Origin: Aureliella sp.
Lineage (GTDB): Bacteria; Planctomycetota; Planctomycetia; Pirellulales; Pirellulaceae
Assembly (NCBI GenBank): GCA_963691875.1
Contig: OY829846.1
Coordinates: forward strand, 2,912,001-2,976,000
Direction of reading: 5' to 3'
DNA length: 64,000 nucleotides
The number at the start of each line of letters is the position of its first letter. Position 1 is the first letter of the stretch. This document shows, one piece after another, positions 48,638-58,695 of the stretch. The position numbers and the translations under genes are program-made. Below the pieces are notes generated by a model, which did not search any database, was not told the DNA's origin, and was given only the letters and a program-made list of their open reading frames with translations.

Positions 48638-49813
48638 GTGAGAACCATGCGTTTTCCATTTCTGCATTGCCTAGCATTCCTGGCAATTGCGTGCATCATG
48701 AGCCCCGCGATGGCCCAAGAAGAAGGCAAGAAGGAAGAAGCTCAGCAGGAAGAGAAAAAAGAAGAAGCCAAACCTGAGCAAAAGAAGGAAGAGGCAAAAC
48801 CTGAAGAGAAGAAAGAAGAGCCCAAGAAAGAAGAACCAGCTGAAGTAGAGAAGCCTGAGCTAGGCGCTGACGCAGAAGAGGGCACCAAGGGAATGGTGGT
48901 TCTCGAGGGGCTTAATAATCCTTGCGGAGTCGCGATTCAACCTGAAACCAACACTGTTTTCGTTGCAGACTCTGGCAACCACAAGATTGTCAAGTTGGTG
49001 GACGGCAAAGCTCAAGATGTCATCACTGACTTTCCGAAGGACGTCTACGGGAAGGGACCGAAGGTAAACATAGGGCCACTCGGAATGGTATTCCTGGACA
49101 AAGACACCTTGGTCGTTGGTGGAGGCGGACAGCCTGACGGCGAAGAGTTGCTTCGCGTCTACAAGATCGAAGACAAAGCCATCAAGGCAGACAAGATGGC
49201 GGCAAGTTTCAGTTTGGCTGCCACCGATGAAATCAAGGGCGAAGGTAACTTTTACGCCCTGGCAGCTTCATCCACTGGCGTGTATGTGACCTGCAATGGC
49301 GATGATACCAAGGGTTGGGTTTCTCGCGCTACCGTCAAAGATGGCAAGGTCGAGGGTTACGAGCGTTACTTGGCGACCAAAGAAGCCACAGAAGTAGATG
49401 CACCAGTCGGCATTGCCTTCAGCCCCGAAGGTTACTTGGTTGTAGGTCAGATGGGCGAAATTAACGTTCCTGGCGACAGCTTGCTGACTTTCTACGACGC
49501 TGAAACCAAAGAAATGCTGCTCAACCTGGAAACTGGCCTTCATGACATTTCTGCTGTGGGCTACAGCCCGCGCGGCCAAATGTATGTTTTGGATTATGCA
49601 TGGGCTGATGCTTCCCAAGGTGGTCTTTACCAGATCCTAGAAGACAACTCGTCGGATTCCGGCATGAAGACGAAGAAGATCATGTCGTTGGATAAGCCAA
49701 CCGCGATGGTCTTTAATGGTGATGGCGATCTATATATCACCGTGATTGACGAAGCCGCCGATGCGAACAGCAAAGGCCAACTGATTAAAGTCACCAAGGA
49801 AGCGGGACTTTAG
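48638..49813 (+). CDS. Secreted beta-propeller protein (NHL/ScyD-like) with Glu/Lys-rich N-terminal linker
   Basis: GGAG RBS before GTG 48638 (ATG 48647 alternative), signal peptide, repeats 'GLNNPCGVAI..VFVADSG', 'APVGIAFSPEG', 'KPTAMVFNGDGDLYIT'. Confidence 0.75.
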   Translation: MRTMRFPFLHCLAFLAIACIMSPAMAQEEGKKEEAQQEEKKEEAKPEQKKEEAKPEEKKEEPKKEEPAEVEKPELGADAEEGTKGMVVLEGLNNPCGVAIQPETNTVFVADSGNHKIVKLVDGKAQDVITDFPKDVYGKGPKVNIGPLGMVFLDKDTLVVGGGGQPDGEELLRVYKIEDKAIKADKMAASFSLAATDEIKGEGNFYALAASSTGVYVTCNGDDTKGWVSRATVKDGKVEGYERYLATKEATEVDAPVGIAFSPEGYLVVGQMGEINVPGDSLLTFYDAETKEMLLNLETGLHDISAVGYSPRGQMYVLDYAWADASQGGLYQILEDNSSDSGMKTKKIMSLDKPTAMVFNGDGDLYITVIDEAADANSKGQLIKVTKEAGL

Positions 49814-49833
49814 GCTACCCCACAAGGATCACC

Positions 49834-49865
49834 GAGCCTAGCAGGTAGATTTGCCTGCTAGGTTC
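49834..49865 (+). terminator. Terminator-like hairpin
   Basis: GAGCCTAGCAGGTA-GATT-TGCCTGCTAGGTTC, 20 nt after the stop. Confidence 0.6.
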
Positions 49866-50169
49866 CTGGCTCATCCATTCTTTGGCAAGCATGATCCTAC
49901 TTACGAAGAGCCAACTGCGTTTGAGCCGGCTCATTCAGCACCTAGATTCTGAGGAGTTCCAGCGGATAACCTGCCTGCACTGAGTGGGTAAGCTCACATT
50001 TCTGTTCTGCTGTCAGACTGACTGGAAACCAAGCCTTTTCTTGGCCCGTATTCTTACTAAGATGGGCGCTGTGTCTAGACTCTGAATAGGCGCAGCGATC
50101 CTGTCCCCGTCGTTCGGCCCGCAGCACTCCGCCATATTTCATTCTGTACCTTTCCCAAGGCTGAATTTC

Positions 50170-50754
50170 ATGTCAACTGATTCCCCAGAAAAATCAAAAC
50201 CGCTCATTTCCCTGCCTTTCATCATATTTGCTGCGGTCCTGTTGATCGTTGGGGCAGTTTACGGCCAGTCGATCATGACTTGGTTCATGTTGCAGGGCGA
50301 AGCGGCCAAAGCAAACCAAGTGACTCAACCCGACGAATTTGCCGATCTCTCAGCATGGGCCAAGTCCTTGCAGGACGATCCTAGCGCCGCACCGCCATCC
50401 AGCATCGGAGTCGGTGGTGCTCCAGGCGGTGGCGAAAGCAATCGTCCCGATCCAGAAGAACGTTTCGCCGAATACGATGCCAATGAAGACGGCAAGCTAA
50501 CCGGTGACGAAATCCAAGGTCGATTAGTCGAGTTTATTGATCGTATTGACACTGATGCCGATGGTGAGATCACCAAAGGAGAGTACATGACCGCAATCGA
50601 AAACATGCGCAGCGGAGGGGGCAGAGGTGGTCCTGGTGGCCGCGGTGGTCGCCCGAGCGGTAGAGGTGGTCGCCCGGCGTCGGAAGCTGACGAAGGTGAT
50701 GCAAACAGCAACCCCGAAGAGAAGCCAGCTGAAAAGACGAGTGGCGACGAGTAA
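50170..50754 (+). CDS. Membrane-anchored EF-hand protein
   Basis: N-terminal TM helix; EF-hand loops DANEDGKLTGDE and DTDADGEITKGE; Gly/Arg-rich tail. Confidence 0.85.
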   Translation: MSTDSPEKSKPLISLPFIIFAAVLLIVGAVYGQSIMTWFMLQGEAAKANQVTQPDEFADLSAWAKSLQDDPSAAPPSSIGVGGAPGGGESNRPDPEERFAEYDANEDGKLTGDEIQGRLVEFIDRIDTDADGEITKGEYMTAIENMRSGGGRGGPGGRGGRPSGRGGRPASEADEGDANSNPEEKPAEKTSGDE

Positions 50755-50781
50755 AACCTTTCGATCAACAAAGCGCACCTG

Positions 50782-50817
50782 AACGGCGCCCCGTCAGTGA
50801 CTGGTCGCCGTTTTTTT
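50782..50817 (+). terminator. Rho-independent terminator
   Basis: AACGGCG...CGCCGTT stem followed by a T-run. Confidence 0.7.
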
Positions 50818-50903
50818 CGTTTGCCCTTTTTTGTGCCCGACATCGGAGTCATCCTGCCGCAACGCCGCGCTAGTTGGCGGCCGACGACTTGGTGTCCTTA
50901 GAC

Positions 50904-50937
50904 AAAAAATGGCCCGCGACGGAAATCGCGAGCCATT
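50904..50937 (-). terminator. Rho-independent terminator of the ECF/DUF1559 operon
   Basis: AATGGC-C-CGCGA...TCGCG-A-GCCATT stem preceded by an A-run. Confidence 0.7.
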
Positions 50938-50981
50938 GAATTCAAACTTCTTTTGTTGCCCTTCTAGTTGTTCGTCAGCTA

Positions 50982-52544
50982 CTACAATTCGCTGTGTTCG
51001 ATGACTTCTCCGCCGTTCATAGTGATCAAGGCATTGATGACCTTTTTAGCGAGTGTGGCCTTCAGTAAACGAACAGAACCATCTGCCATTGAAGCGATGA
51101 AGTCGGTTGGTTCATCATCGCCGAAGATCGAGGTTAGTGGGTCCGCTGCATCAATCACCAAGTCCGCAGGCTTAGTCCAGGGAACAGCTTTCGAGCTCCC
51201 TGCCTCGACAAGCCAGATTGTATTGCTAGTTCCATCAACGATGCTTCGGAACTCCGTGGGAGCTCCCGGTTTGCCGAAGATGGAATTCTTGGTCAGCGGG
51301 GCGAGTAGGGTGGTTTTAGGGACTCCATTCTCGTCCAGCTTTTGTGTACCTCGCATCTTGAAAACCAGGGGAATTGCAGAAGCCACTTTGAGGTTGTGAG
51401 GACTATCCCATGGTTCATCAAGATGAAATTTGCTGTACAACGCCTGTTGCTCCAAGAATGGAAGAACGAGTACTCGCCAGCTTAGCAGTCGTTTCCCTTC
51501 CTTGCTGGATAAGCTCTGGGGTGGAAAATGCTCGTACGCTGAATAGTAGTTGTGGAGCGACAGGGCCACTTGTTTGAAGTCATTCATCCGTGAGTTCTGA
51601 GTTGCTCCGCTGACTGTTTCGAGCACTCTAAGTGTTTCCACGACGTCGACGGTTGAAAGCTGAATCTCGCTACCTTTGCGACTGACCGATACAGTCTTCA
51701 AAACGTCGGAGGCAAAGGACTTGAGAAAGGTAGTCACGCCAGACTCAACCTTCTCCACATTACTAGCTTCAATCGTGAGACTGGCTTTTGTGGGGGGCAT
51801 TTTCTCAAGCCCTATCGCAAGGGATTTGATGTTTGGAAGTGTCTGGACCATCGCAACAAGGTCATCCGCTTCTTGCGCTGCGCCCGCGGCAAGTACCTGC
51901 ATAGCGGTCCGAAGCATTTTCGAGTCGATTGCAGCAACCATACCATGGGGACTGTCAGTGTTCTTCAGGGCTTTGAGCAGCGCTGCGTTGGGTGCTTTCG
52001 CAACCTTACCTCCTTGTGCTTCAGCCAGTGAAGACTCGGTGATCAAGACTGCATTATCTTTGTCAATTACTGTCATGCCGCTACCGGTCAGTATGCTCTC
52101 CACCAACAGCTTGACGGGTTTCGGCTGTTTGGTTGGAAGCACGAAGCTGGGCACTCCGCGCGACATATTGGCAAAACTGGAATGCAGGTAGATTCTGGTC
52201 ACTCCCAATCCCTTCAAGGCCTGCTGGAAAACGCGAAGCTGTGCCAGGTCATCGCTGTCCTCATTTGGAGCTGGCCCAAACTTAGACATGAACTTGGCCG
52301 TCTCAGCTGCGTCGACCTTCGAAATATCGAGCCAAGCAACGAACACCGATGCTGAGTCAAGGTGCTCTTCGACAGCAACATGCTTAACAGGCTGAGCCAA
52401 TGCTCCAGCGTGCACCAAGAGAATTGCCACGCAGGCGAAAGGGCACACGCGCCCCAGGTAAAGGAAAGAGTGTAGTTCTCTCACTGGTCGGATCCTTGTG
52501 GATGTACTCGAGAAGATTGTCTGGTTTGAGCGACGCTTCTGCAT
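50982..52544 (-). CDS. DUF1559-domain protein with long N-terminal extension (no prepilin leader)
   Basis: C-terminal 'MNDFKQVALSLHNY...LLSWRVLVLPFLEQQALY..FHLDEPWDSPHN...DGTSNTI..VEA...VPWTKPAD...MADGSV'. Start uncertain. Confidence 0.85.
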   Translation of the reverse strand: MQKRRSNQTIFSSTSTRIRPVRELHSFLYLGRVCPFACVAILLVHAGALAQPVKHVAVEEHLDSASVFVAWLDISKVDAAETAKFMSKFGPAPNEDSDDLAQLRVFQQALKGLGVTRIYLHSSFANMSRGVPSFVLPTKQPKPVKLLVESILTGSGMTVIDKDNAVLITESSLAEAQGGKVAKAPNAALLKALKNTDSPHGMVAAIDSKMLRTAMQVLAAGAAQEADDLVAMVQTLPNIKSLAIGLEKMPPTKASLTIEASNVEKVESGVTTFLKSFASDVLKTVSVSRKGSEIQLSTVDVVETLRVLETVSGATQNSRMNDFKQVALSLHNYYSAYEHFPPQSLSSKEGKRLLSWRVLVLPFLEQQALYSKFHLDEPWDSPHNLKVASAIPLVFKMRGTQKLDENGVPKTTLLAPLTKNSIFGKPGAPTEFRSIVDGTSNTIWLVEAGSSKAVPWTKPADLVIDAADPLTSIFGDDEPTDFIASMADGSVRLLKATLAKKVINALITMNGGEVIEHSEL

Positions 52545-54193
52545 CAGCGGACAAGAAGGAATTGAAACTTGCCGAAAGCTTCCCTCATTCGGTCGGGGAC
52601 TCCGCCAGTCAGGGTCACCAGCGTGCCACCGACCTGTTTTTTAAGCGAATAACCAAAGTGCTTTCCGGTGTAGGGATCCGGCAATGCAGGTGCCGGCCCT
52701 AGCTCATCGAGCGATTCAGGAAGCTCGCCGCCATTTGCGTGAGCATGCATGCGAATAGCTTCCACCGTCATGATGCGATTAACGACATACTCCTTGTGCG
52801 TGACGGCTTCGTCGACCGAAAGCAGGGCGGGGAGGAGCATTCCTGCAACCACGGCTGCCGGTGAAGTCAAAGTCTCTTCCCTCAGCCAGGTTCGAAACCT
52901 CTCGTTCTCGCGTTCTAAAACGCCCTTACGAAGCGGTGCTGGAAGGTACTGCGCCTTCAGCAGGTCTTGCGATGCTCGCTTCAGTTCCCGCGAGGTATCA
53001 ATCAGAACGGCTTGCATCAGCGGCATTGCTGCGACACGCTTAGAGTCCATCCCTGATTCAATTAGTCGTCGCCGAGTCTTTTCGCCACCAGCAACACCAA
53101 TCAATGCCAATGCAGCTCTTTGACTTTGGTTCGGGCCGCCGCCTAATTCCGACAGCTCCCCCGCCATTTTGGCCCATTGTGAATTCCAATAGGATTCATC
53201 GTGCTCTTCTGTTTCGGCTATTTCAAATATTGGAAAGACGCGTCCAATGGCTTCCATTTCGAATTCGACTGGGGCCTGCATGTTTACTAGAGGTCGTGGC
53301 AGTGTGGCGTAGGCCCAATACATATTGGGAACTTCTTCCAGCTCAAGTAGAGCAAGTGATTCTTCAAGCATGATGGCTTGAATCGCCAAACCTACAAGAG
53401 ATTGGACTAGTGTTTTGCCTTGTCCAATAAAGGCTCCTAGGCGAAAGCCATCTCGCAAGGTTGAAACAGCTCCCTCAACATCGCCATCTGCAACTTGAAC
53501 GCGGAACTTATGTCCTAGGCAGCGTGCCAGTTCACGAGACTGCTGAATCTCAGGTAGCAACATTGTGAACACCTCAACGCCGCTTTTGTCTTTCAGACGC
53601 AAGTCGTAACGCTGGTCTTCGGCGATCGCGAGAAGGTGCAGTTCTCCGTAAACCCAGTCCAGCGATTTGACATACTCTCTGCGTTCTTCGAGCGAGATTT
53701 CAATATCGTCGCCCCAACTCTGCTGGATCTCATTTCGTTGTTCCTTGGCGAGCATATTCCACATCGTCAAAGAGCGGCCGAAATGCACTTGTGCAGAACC
53801 AGGCTTCAGCGACGACTCAGACATCCACAAACGGTGCTCTAGAGCTGGAGTTCCCTCGCCGCGAATCGGAAAGTTCGGAATTTCGGGAGCTGCCTTCTCG
53901 GGTTGGCCTGGACGCCTTCCGATTTGATCCAACGTGTAGGTCGACCCTAGCTCCTGCCCGAATATTGTCGAACAAATCGGTAGCAATAGGGCGAGCCCCG
54001 CAGTTGCCACTCGGGCAGAATGAAGGCAGGGCAAACTCTTTTTTCTTGCTGTCGAAGAGGCAACGAGTCTCGCCCTCATGGGTGACCAGCAAGTTCGAAG
54101 ACTTAACTGTGATAATGTCACTTTCGTACTCCAGAAAGAATGGTCAGAAAAGCGTGCAGGCCGTGCACGATACTTTAAAATCGCACGTTGCAA
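52544..54193 (-). CDS. Hypothetical exported planctomycete protein
   Basis: Long helical ORF ending in 'EAIRMHA..NGGELPESLDEL...PDPYTGKHFGY'. TGATG overlap with the next gene. The true start is probably downstream of 54193. Confidence 0.75.
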   Translation of the reverse strand: MQRAILKYRARPARFSDHSFWSTKVTLSQLSLRTCWSPMRARLVASSTARKKSLPCLHSARVATAGLALLLPICSTIFGQELGSTYTLDQIGRRPGQPEKAAPEIPNFPIRGEGTPALEHRLWMSESSLKPGSAQVHFGRSLTMWNMLAKEQRNEIQQSWGDDIEISLEERREYVKSLDWVYGELHLLAIAEDQRYDLRLKDKSGVEVFTMLLPEIQQSRELARCLGHKFRVQVADGDVEGAVSTLRDGFRLGAFIGQGKTLVQSLVGLAIQAIMLEESLALLELEEVPNMYWAYATLPRPLVNMQAPVEFEMEAIGRVFPIFEIAETEEHDESYWNSQWAKMAGELSELGGGPNQSQRAALALIGVAGGEKTRRRLIESGMDSKRVAAMPLMQAVLIDTSRELKRASQDLLKAQYLPAPLRKGVLERENERFRTWLREETLTSPAAVVAGMLLPALLSVDEAVTHKEYVVNRIMTVEAIRMHAHANGGELPESLDELGPAPALPDPYTGKHFGYSLKKQVGGTLVTLTGGVPDRMREAFGKFQFLLVR

Positions 54194-54233
54194 TCAGGAA
54201 ACCTCGTGACCGACAATGCGCTCACTACAGCGA

Positions 54234-54869
54234 CTAGAAGTCTCCTCCCAGGCCGAACCAAGACCGATTGCCTGCCAGAGAACGGTGAGCTCGGATTGAC
54301 AACTCCTTGCTCCCAAAAACTGAAAGCGTTCCAGCGCCGACCGTGTCGTTCAAACTCTCATCCGATGAGTCGACCTCTTCCTTGCTGGCCAGCAAAATCG
54401 GCTCGCGCAAATCTGACAGAGCGATGGTGGACTGAATGCCTGCAGCAAACTCTCGCATCGAGTCCACGAACTGCAACCCGTCGATATCGGGGATGATCGG
54501 AGATTCTTCCTGACCGATTCTTGGCTGAGCTGGCGGTCGATCTGTCTTTGAATGAAGAGGAGGATTCCCAGCTAGATTGTCCGAGGGACATGAGGGAGCT
54601 TGCCCCGCGCTCCACAGCCCGGCATTTAGCGTAAGTAATAAACAAGCTGCTGCGCCGAAAAGAGCACCACTGCCAAAGTTGGCAAAACTGAACGCTTGCT
54701 TCTGCGAATCCGCTGGGTCTGCGGTGCTTACACTCGGAGCTAGGACTTCCGATTCGGCTTCTTGCTGAGCTAAAGCCGCTTCCCAGCCGCACCGGTACAT
54801 CAACTCTGCTTGGGATTGCTCCGCTGAGGCAGGTTGCATTTTCCGTAGTTCAGATTCTAGATCCGACAT
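54234..54869 (-). CDS. Putative anti-sigma factor (single TM)
   Basis: Directly after the ECF gene; short N-terminal domain 'DLESELRKMQP...LMYRCG', one TM helix, C-terminal tail. Confidence 0.6.
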   Translation of the reverse strand: MSDLESELRKMQPASAEQSQAELMYRCGWEAALAQQEAESEVLAPSVSTADPADSQKQAFSFANFGSGALFGAAACLLLTLNAGLWSAGQAPSCPSDNLAGNPPLHSKTDRPPAQPRIGQEESPIIPDIDGLQFVDSMREFAAGIQSTIALSDLREPILLASKEEVDSSDESLNDTVGAGTLSVFGSKELSIRAHRSLAGNRSWFGLGGDF

Positions 54870-54983
54870 CGACTCTACTCTCGATTCCTGTTTTCTATCA
54901 CTTGATTTCACCTTGTTGACCTGTAGAGACGTTCGGATCTCCACGTGCCAACGAAGTTGCATCAGCGGGGTTTTCTAATCGCG

Positions 54984-55541
54984 TTAGCTACGTCGAACAG
55001 TAGCTTGCCGCTTCTGTGGTTCGCCTGGACCCAAACGACTTCGCAAGTGCTGCAAGGCAGATTGGTATCTACGATTGGCTGCTGAGCTGGATGTCTCAAA
55101 GGCAGCTGCAATTTGTCGAAAACTCATTCCGTTCCACAAATGTGCGACCATGATTTCTCGTTCCTCGATCGGTAGTTCCGCAATCGCTACTTCGATCTCT
55201 GAAGCAAATATGGTCGACGATTCTCTTTCCTCAAACCAGTCGCGTCGCTCACTGGCGACGGCACCTTCGCGTTGCTTTCGTCGTTTACGACTTCGAAACG
55301 CGTCGATAGCAAGATTCCGCGATGTTCGAACCAACCAAGCCAAGACATCATCAGGCATCTGCGTCTGTCGCGCTAAGCGTGTAAACGCATCTTGCAAGAT
55401 ATCCTCGGCTTCACAGTCTACCTGGCTGCCGAAGCGAGCTCGGGCCAGCAATAGCAACCCACTTGAGTGCTGTTGCCAGAGTCTTGCTATTTCTGCGGGA
55501 GGGACCAAGTCGCCTATTGCCTTTGTTGGTCGTTCGCCCAT
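54984..55541 (-). CDS. ECF-family RNA polymerase sigma factor
   Basis: Region 2 'AEDILQDAF...WLVRTSRNLAID..RS..RR'; region 4 'LPIEEREIMVAHLWNGMSFRQIA'. Confidence 0.92.
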   Translation of the reverse strand: MGERPTKAIGDLVPPAEIARLWQQHSSGLLLLARARFGSQVDCEAEDILQDAFTRLARQTQMPDDVLAWLVRTSRNLAIDAFRSRKRRKQREGAVASERRDWFEERESSTIFASEIEVAIAELPIEEREIMVAHLWNGMSFRQIAAAFETSSSAANRRYQSALQHLRSRLGPGEPQKRQATVRRS

Positions 55542-55783
55542 CCTCGTGGCCTAGGCGGCTGAGACGGTTGCGTCATCGCTGCCCACAATAACTTGACGAT
55601 CCCGATTAGGGATTGTCCCGGTCGGCGAGAAAAAAATCGAATTTTGGTCACCATTCACCGGGACGATAAACTGTGAGACGAAAGAACTTGGAAAAAGAAA
55701 GCTGGGATATAGGTAAGATGAGGCGCGAGTAGCCGAGATTTGCTCGAAAAAGTGACTCAATACCCAAAACGAAAGGAATCAAC

Positions 55784-56611
55784 GTGAAGATTGCTGGTGT
55801 ACAGATGGATGTTGCTCTCGGGGCAGCAGCTCAGAATCTGAGACAGATACTTTGCAAACTGCACGAAGCGGCTCGCCAGTCCGCTGACTTTGTGGTTTTT
55901 CCTGAGTGCGCTCTGACGGGCTACTGCTTTGAGTCCCTCGAAGAGGCTCGTCCAATTGCACAAGAAATTCCGGGTCCCGCAACACGAGAGCTTGCAATAG
56001 CCTGCCGAGAACTGGAAATCCATCTCGTCCTCGGAATGCTTGAAAAAGATGGCGAACGCGTCTTCAACGCCGCAGTGTGCATCGGACCAGAAGGCGTTGT
56101 TGCCAAATACCGCAAAGTGCATCTGCCCAAGTTGGGCGTCGATCACTTTGTAAATCCTGGAGACGAGAAGTTCGCGGTGCACGCGTTGGAAAGTTGCCGC
56201 TTCGGAATGCTGATCTGCTACGACGCCTCTTTCCCGGAAGCATCCCGTTGTCTTTCCATTGGCGGAGCGGATCTCATCGTCTTGCCAACCAACTGGCCTC
56301 CCGGAGCGGAGCCGACGGCGGAGCACGTGATAAACGCTCGTTCTTCTGAGAACCATGTTTTCTTCGCTGCAGTCAATCGAATCGGTCTGGAACGAGGCTT
56401 TCAGTTCATTGGGAGAAGCCGAATCACCGACGTGCACGGTCATACTCTAGTAGAGGCCAGCGCTGACAAAGAAGAGATCATCTACGCGCAGATTGATCCA
56501 GCTTTGGCTCGTCAGAAGAAAGTCCAACGAGCTCCCGGGCACAGCATTGATCGGATTGAGGATCGTCGACCGGAGTTCTACCAGGATCTGGCAAGAGTCG
56601 GTCCGAAGTAG
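55784..56611 (+). CDS. Carbon-nitrogen hydrolase (nitrilase superfamily)
   Basis: Catalytic Glu-Lys-Cys triad: 'VFPECAL', 'YRKVHL', 'LICYD..FPE'. AAGGA RBS. Confidence 0.93.
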   Translation: MKIAGVQMDVALGAAAQNLRQILCKLHEAARQSADFVVFPECALTGYCFESLEEARPIAQEIPGPATRELAIACRELEIHLVLGMLEKDGERVFNAAVCIGPEGVVAKYRKVHLPKLGVDHFVNPGDEKFAVHALESCRFGMLICYDASFPEASRCLSIGGADLIVLPTNWPPGAEPTAEHVINARSSENHVFFAAVNRIGLERGFQFIGRSRITDVHGHTLVEASADKEEIIYAQIDPALARQKKVQRAPGHSIDRIEDRRPEFYQDLARVGPK

Positions 56612-56995
56612 GTGCAGGAGCGAATGGGAAGAACGAATAATGGTCGTGTCACACGCAGAAATCTGTTCCGGGCCTGCGGCAGCTCTCAGGAGTAAAGACG
56701 ACTTTTGGGTAACATTCACTTGCGGACTACCGCTTTCGGCGACTTGCCTCGTTTTTGTGGGTTGAGGGCCAAGAATCGCGTTCCTTTGAGGATTCTTTCG
56801 AAAACCCGTGCGATTTGCCGCGCTGAAACCGCTATGACGACTCGGACGCGTCCCTCAGGCACGACATTACTCCCGTCTGCAGGGGGTTGAAAATCCAGCG
56901 TGACGAATTCCTTTTCCCCATACAACTTAACTCCGATGCTACGGTCAGCAAAATGAGCTGTGAGCATAGGCGGAATGACAATGGGAGTAAGGTGC

Positions 56996-57415
56996 GTGAC
57001 TACTACGTGAAAGAGCTACGAAGGGCTGCTTGGTAACCACCTCGCGCTGCGCGAATTACTTCCGAAATATGCAGACAAGTTAGGGACAGACGAGCGAAGA
57101 GCATATCAACGCTTTCGCATCGAGCAATTCATTGAAGTCATACCTCTTGATTCTGAGCTTCGCGCCATCGGAGATCCCTTCACGGTCAACGTCAGCGAGA
57201 TTTCAGAGAGTACTCTCAGTTTTGTGTGCTCACAACATCTGATCCATAAGCACATGCTGATTCGATTCAAAGTGGGGACAACCGCGTTGAGTTGTATCGC
57301 CGAGATCATACGCAAGCAATTTCACGGGAAGTACAACCTTAGCCATCAGTTCGGCTGTCGCTTTCTGCTTCTTTCACCAACCAAATCCGTACTGTTCAAA
57401 ACGCAGCTCAAGTAA
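56996..57415 (+). pseudogene. PilZ-like domain gene with in-frame TGA at codon 5
   Basis: GGAG RBS, then GTG ACT ACT ACG TGA, then an open frame KSYEGLL...DERRAYQRFRIEQFIEVIPLD...VSEISESTLSF...FGCRF to TAA 57415. RxxxR and degenerate (D/N)xSxxG PilZ motifs. The ORF track shows only the last 63 aa. Confidence 0.55.
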
Positions 57416-57513
57416 GCAGCGAGACATTAGCCGCAGGTTGATCATCAAAACCTCTAGCGCGTTCCGCTCACTTCACCAATGTGACAATGAGCATGGCCAG
57501 TATTTGTTGCTTC

Positions 57514-58695
57514 TTAAGAAGCCTTATTCATTTCTGGCAGACTTGGAAATCTGCTTCGTAGATTGAGATAGATGCGCCTCTCTTCTCGTCTCAAGCCTGG
57601 ATTGGTTGGATTCCCTAGGACTTCCACCTCAAACTTCGGCCGACTAGCCTGCAGTTCTGATAACTGCCGCGAAAGAACATCGAGCTCCTGTCGTAGCTTG
57701 TCCGCCAGCGACGCTAGGTTCTCGCGCCCGTGCGCGGCAGGGTCCCTTCTTTGGTCTGCGGCCTGGGCATTGAGCAAGTCCAGAAAATCGACGACTTCAT
57801 TCAAAGCCTCTGACTGTCCGCGAGCAGCGATTCTTTCCATCCAATGCTCTAGAGCTCGCGAACTTTCTAATTCCTGGAGCTCTGCTTGCAGTGCCAATAC
57901 CATCGGGGCGTTCGGGCCCTTTGACGCATGCGCCGCATTTAGGCGTTTACGAAGTCGAACAGCTTTTTCATAGCTAACTTGTGCAGGCGACTTTTCGAAT
58001 CGACCATGTTCATACCAAGCTGGTTCCATGAACTGCAAAAGACACTTCTGCACTTGAAGAAATGAGTTTGGGTCTGTCGCCGTAGGTTTAGGCAGTTGTC
58101 TCAGGGCCACAGCCGTCGATACCAGATCGATTTCGGTTTCTGCCGCTGCTTGCAGAACTAGATCGGTTAGATCGCTCCAGCGCTGTTTGCCGCTCGCTGT
58201 CGGTGTAGAGACAAACTGCTTCTGCTTTGCAATCTGTTTTTCGATCCTCGTCAGCTGCTTGGCAAACGAATCGCGACGCCCCTCAAGATCCTCGACCGTC
58301 ATCTGATGCACTCGGTTGGTGCGACTAATGCGCTCACACAGTCGACAGAGAAGGGCGACGGCGATTGCAGGAGAAGGAAATGAACTCTGAAGGCAGACGA
58401 CTCCGGGTTCCCCTCCCTCTACCTCACTCTCAACTCGAAGCGACTGGTGAAGCCGAACTCGCAACTCTGCTTCGCTCATCTCCAATGCAAAGGGGTGTAG
58501 ATCGGCGATCACTGGATCGAGAAGCTGAGAACGGGTTACGAAATCCTTGAAAGCCGCTGGCACTGCGGGTGTCAGCCGCAGAGTAATCTCCGGAGTAACG
58601 ACGTTTCCGCCGTGGCTCGCATTCCAACGGGACCAGACTGTGACGCCAACGACTAAAGAGATAGCGAATAGAAGGGAGGCGGGTGTTCGGGGCAT
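57514..58695 (-). CDS. Hypothetical coiled-coil protein, weakly Wzz/GumC-like
   Basis: N-terminal TM, coiled coils, 'SKGPNAPMVLALQAELQELE' resembling the GumC/Wzc 'g..hP.v..l..el' motif. Confidence 0.55.
   Translation of the reverse strand: MPRTPASLLFAISLVVGVTVWSRWNASHGGNVVTPEITLRLTPAVPAAFKDFVTRSQLLDPVIADLHPFALEMSEAELRVRLHQSLRVESEVEGGEPGVVCLQSSFPSPAIAVALLCRLCERISRTNRVHQMTVEDLEGRRDSFAKQLTRIEKQIAKQKQFVSTPTASGKQRWSDLTDLVLQAAAETEIDLVSTAVALRQLPKPTATDPNSFLQVQKCLLQFMEPAWYEHGRFEKSPAQVSYEKAVRLRKRLNAAHASKGPNAPMVLALQAELQELESSRALEHWMERIAARGQSEALNEVVDFLDLLNAQAADQRRDPAAHGRENLASLADKLRQELDVLSRQLSELQASRPKFEVEVLGNPTNPGLRREERRIYLNLRSRFPSLPEMNKAS

Noticed and set aside
48720..48860. EEKKEE-type repeats as a DNA repeat family
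   Set aside because: Imperfect at nucleotide level; an ordinary charged linker after a signal peptide.
56716..56967. 83-aa minus-strand ORF
   Set aside because: No RBS or family motif recognised, and it starts only 28 nt from the divergent PilZ-like start; cannot be supported.
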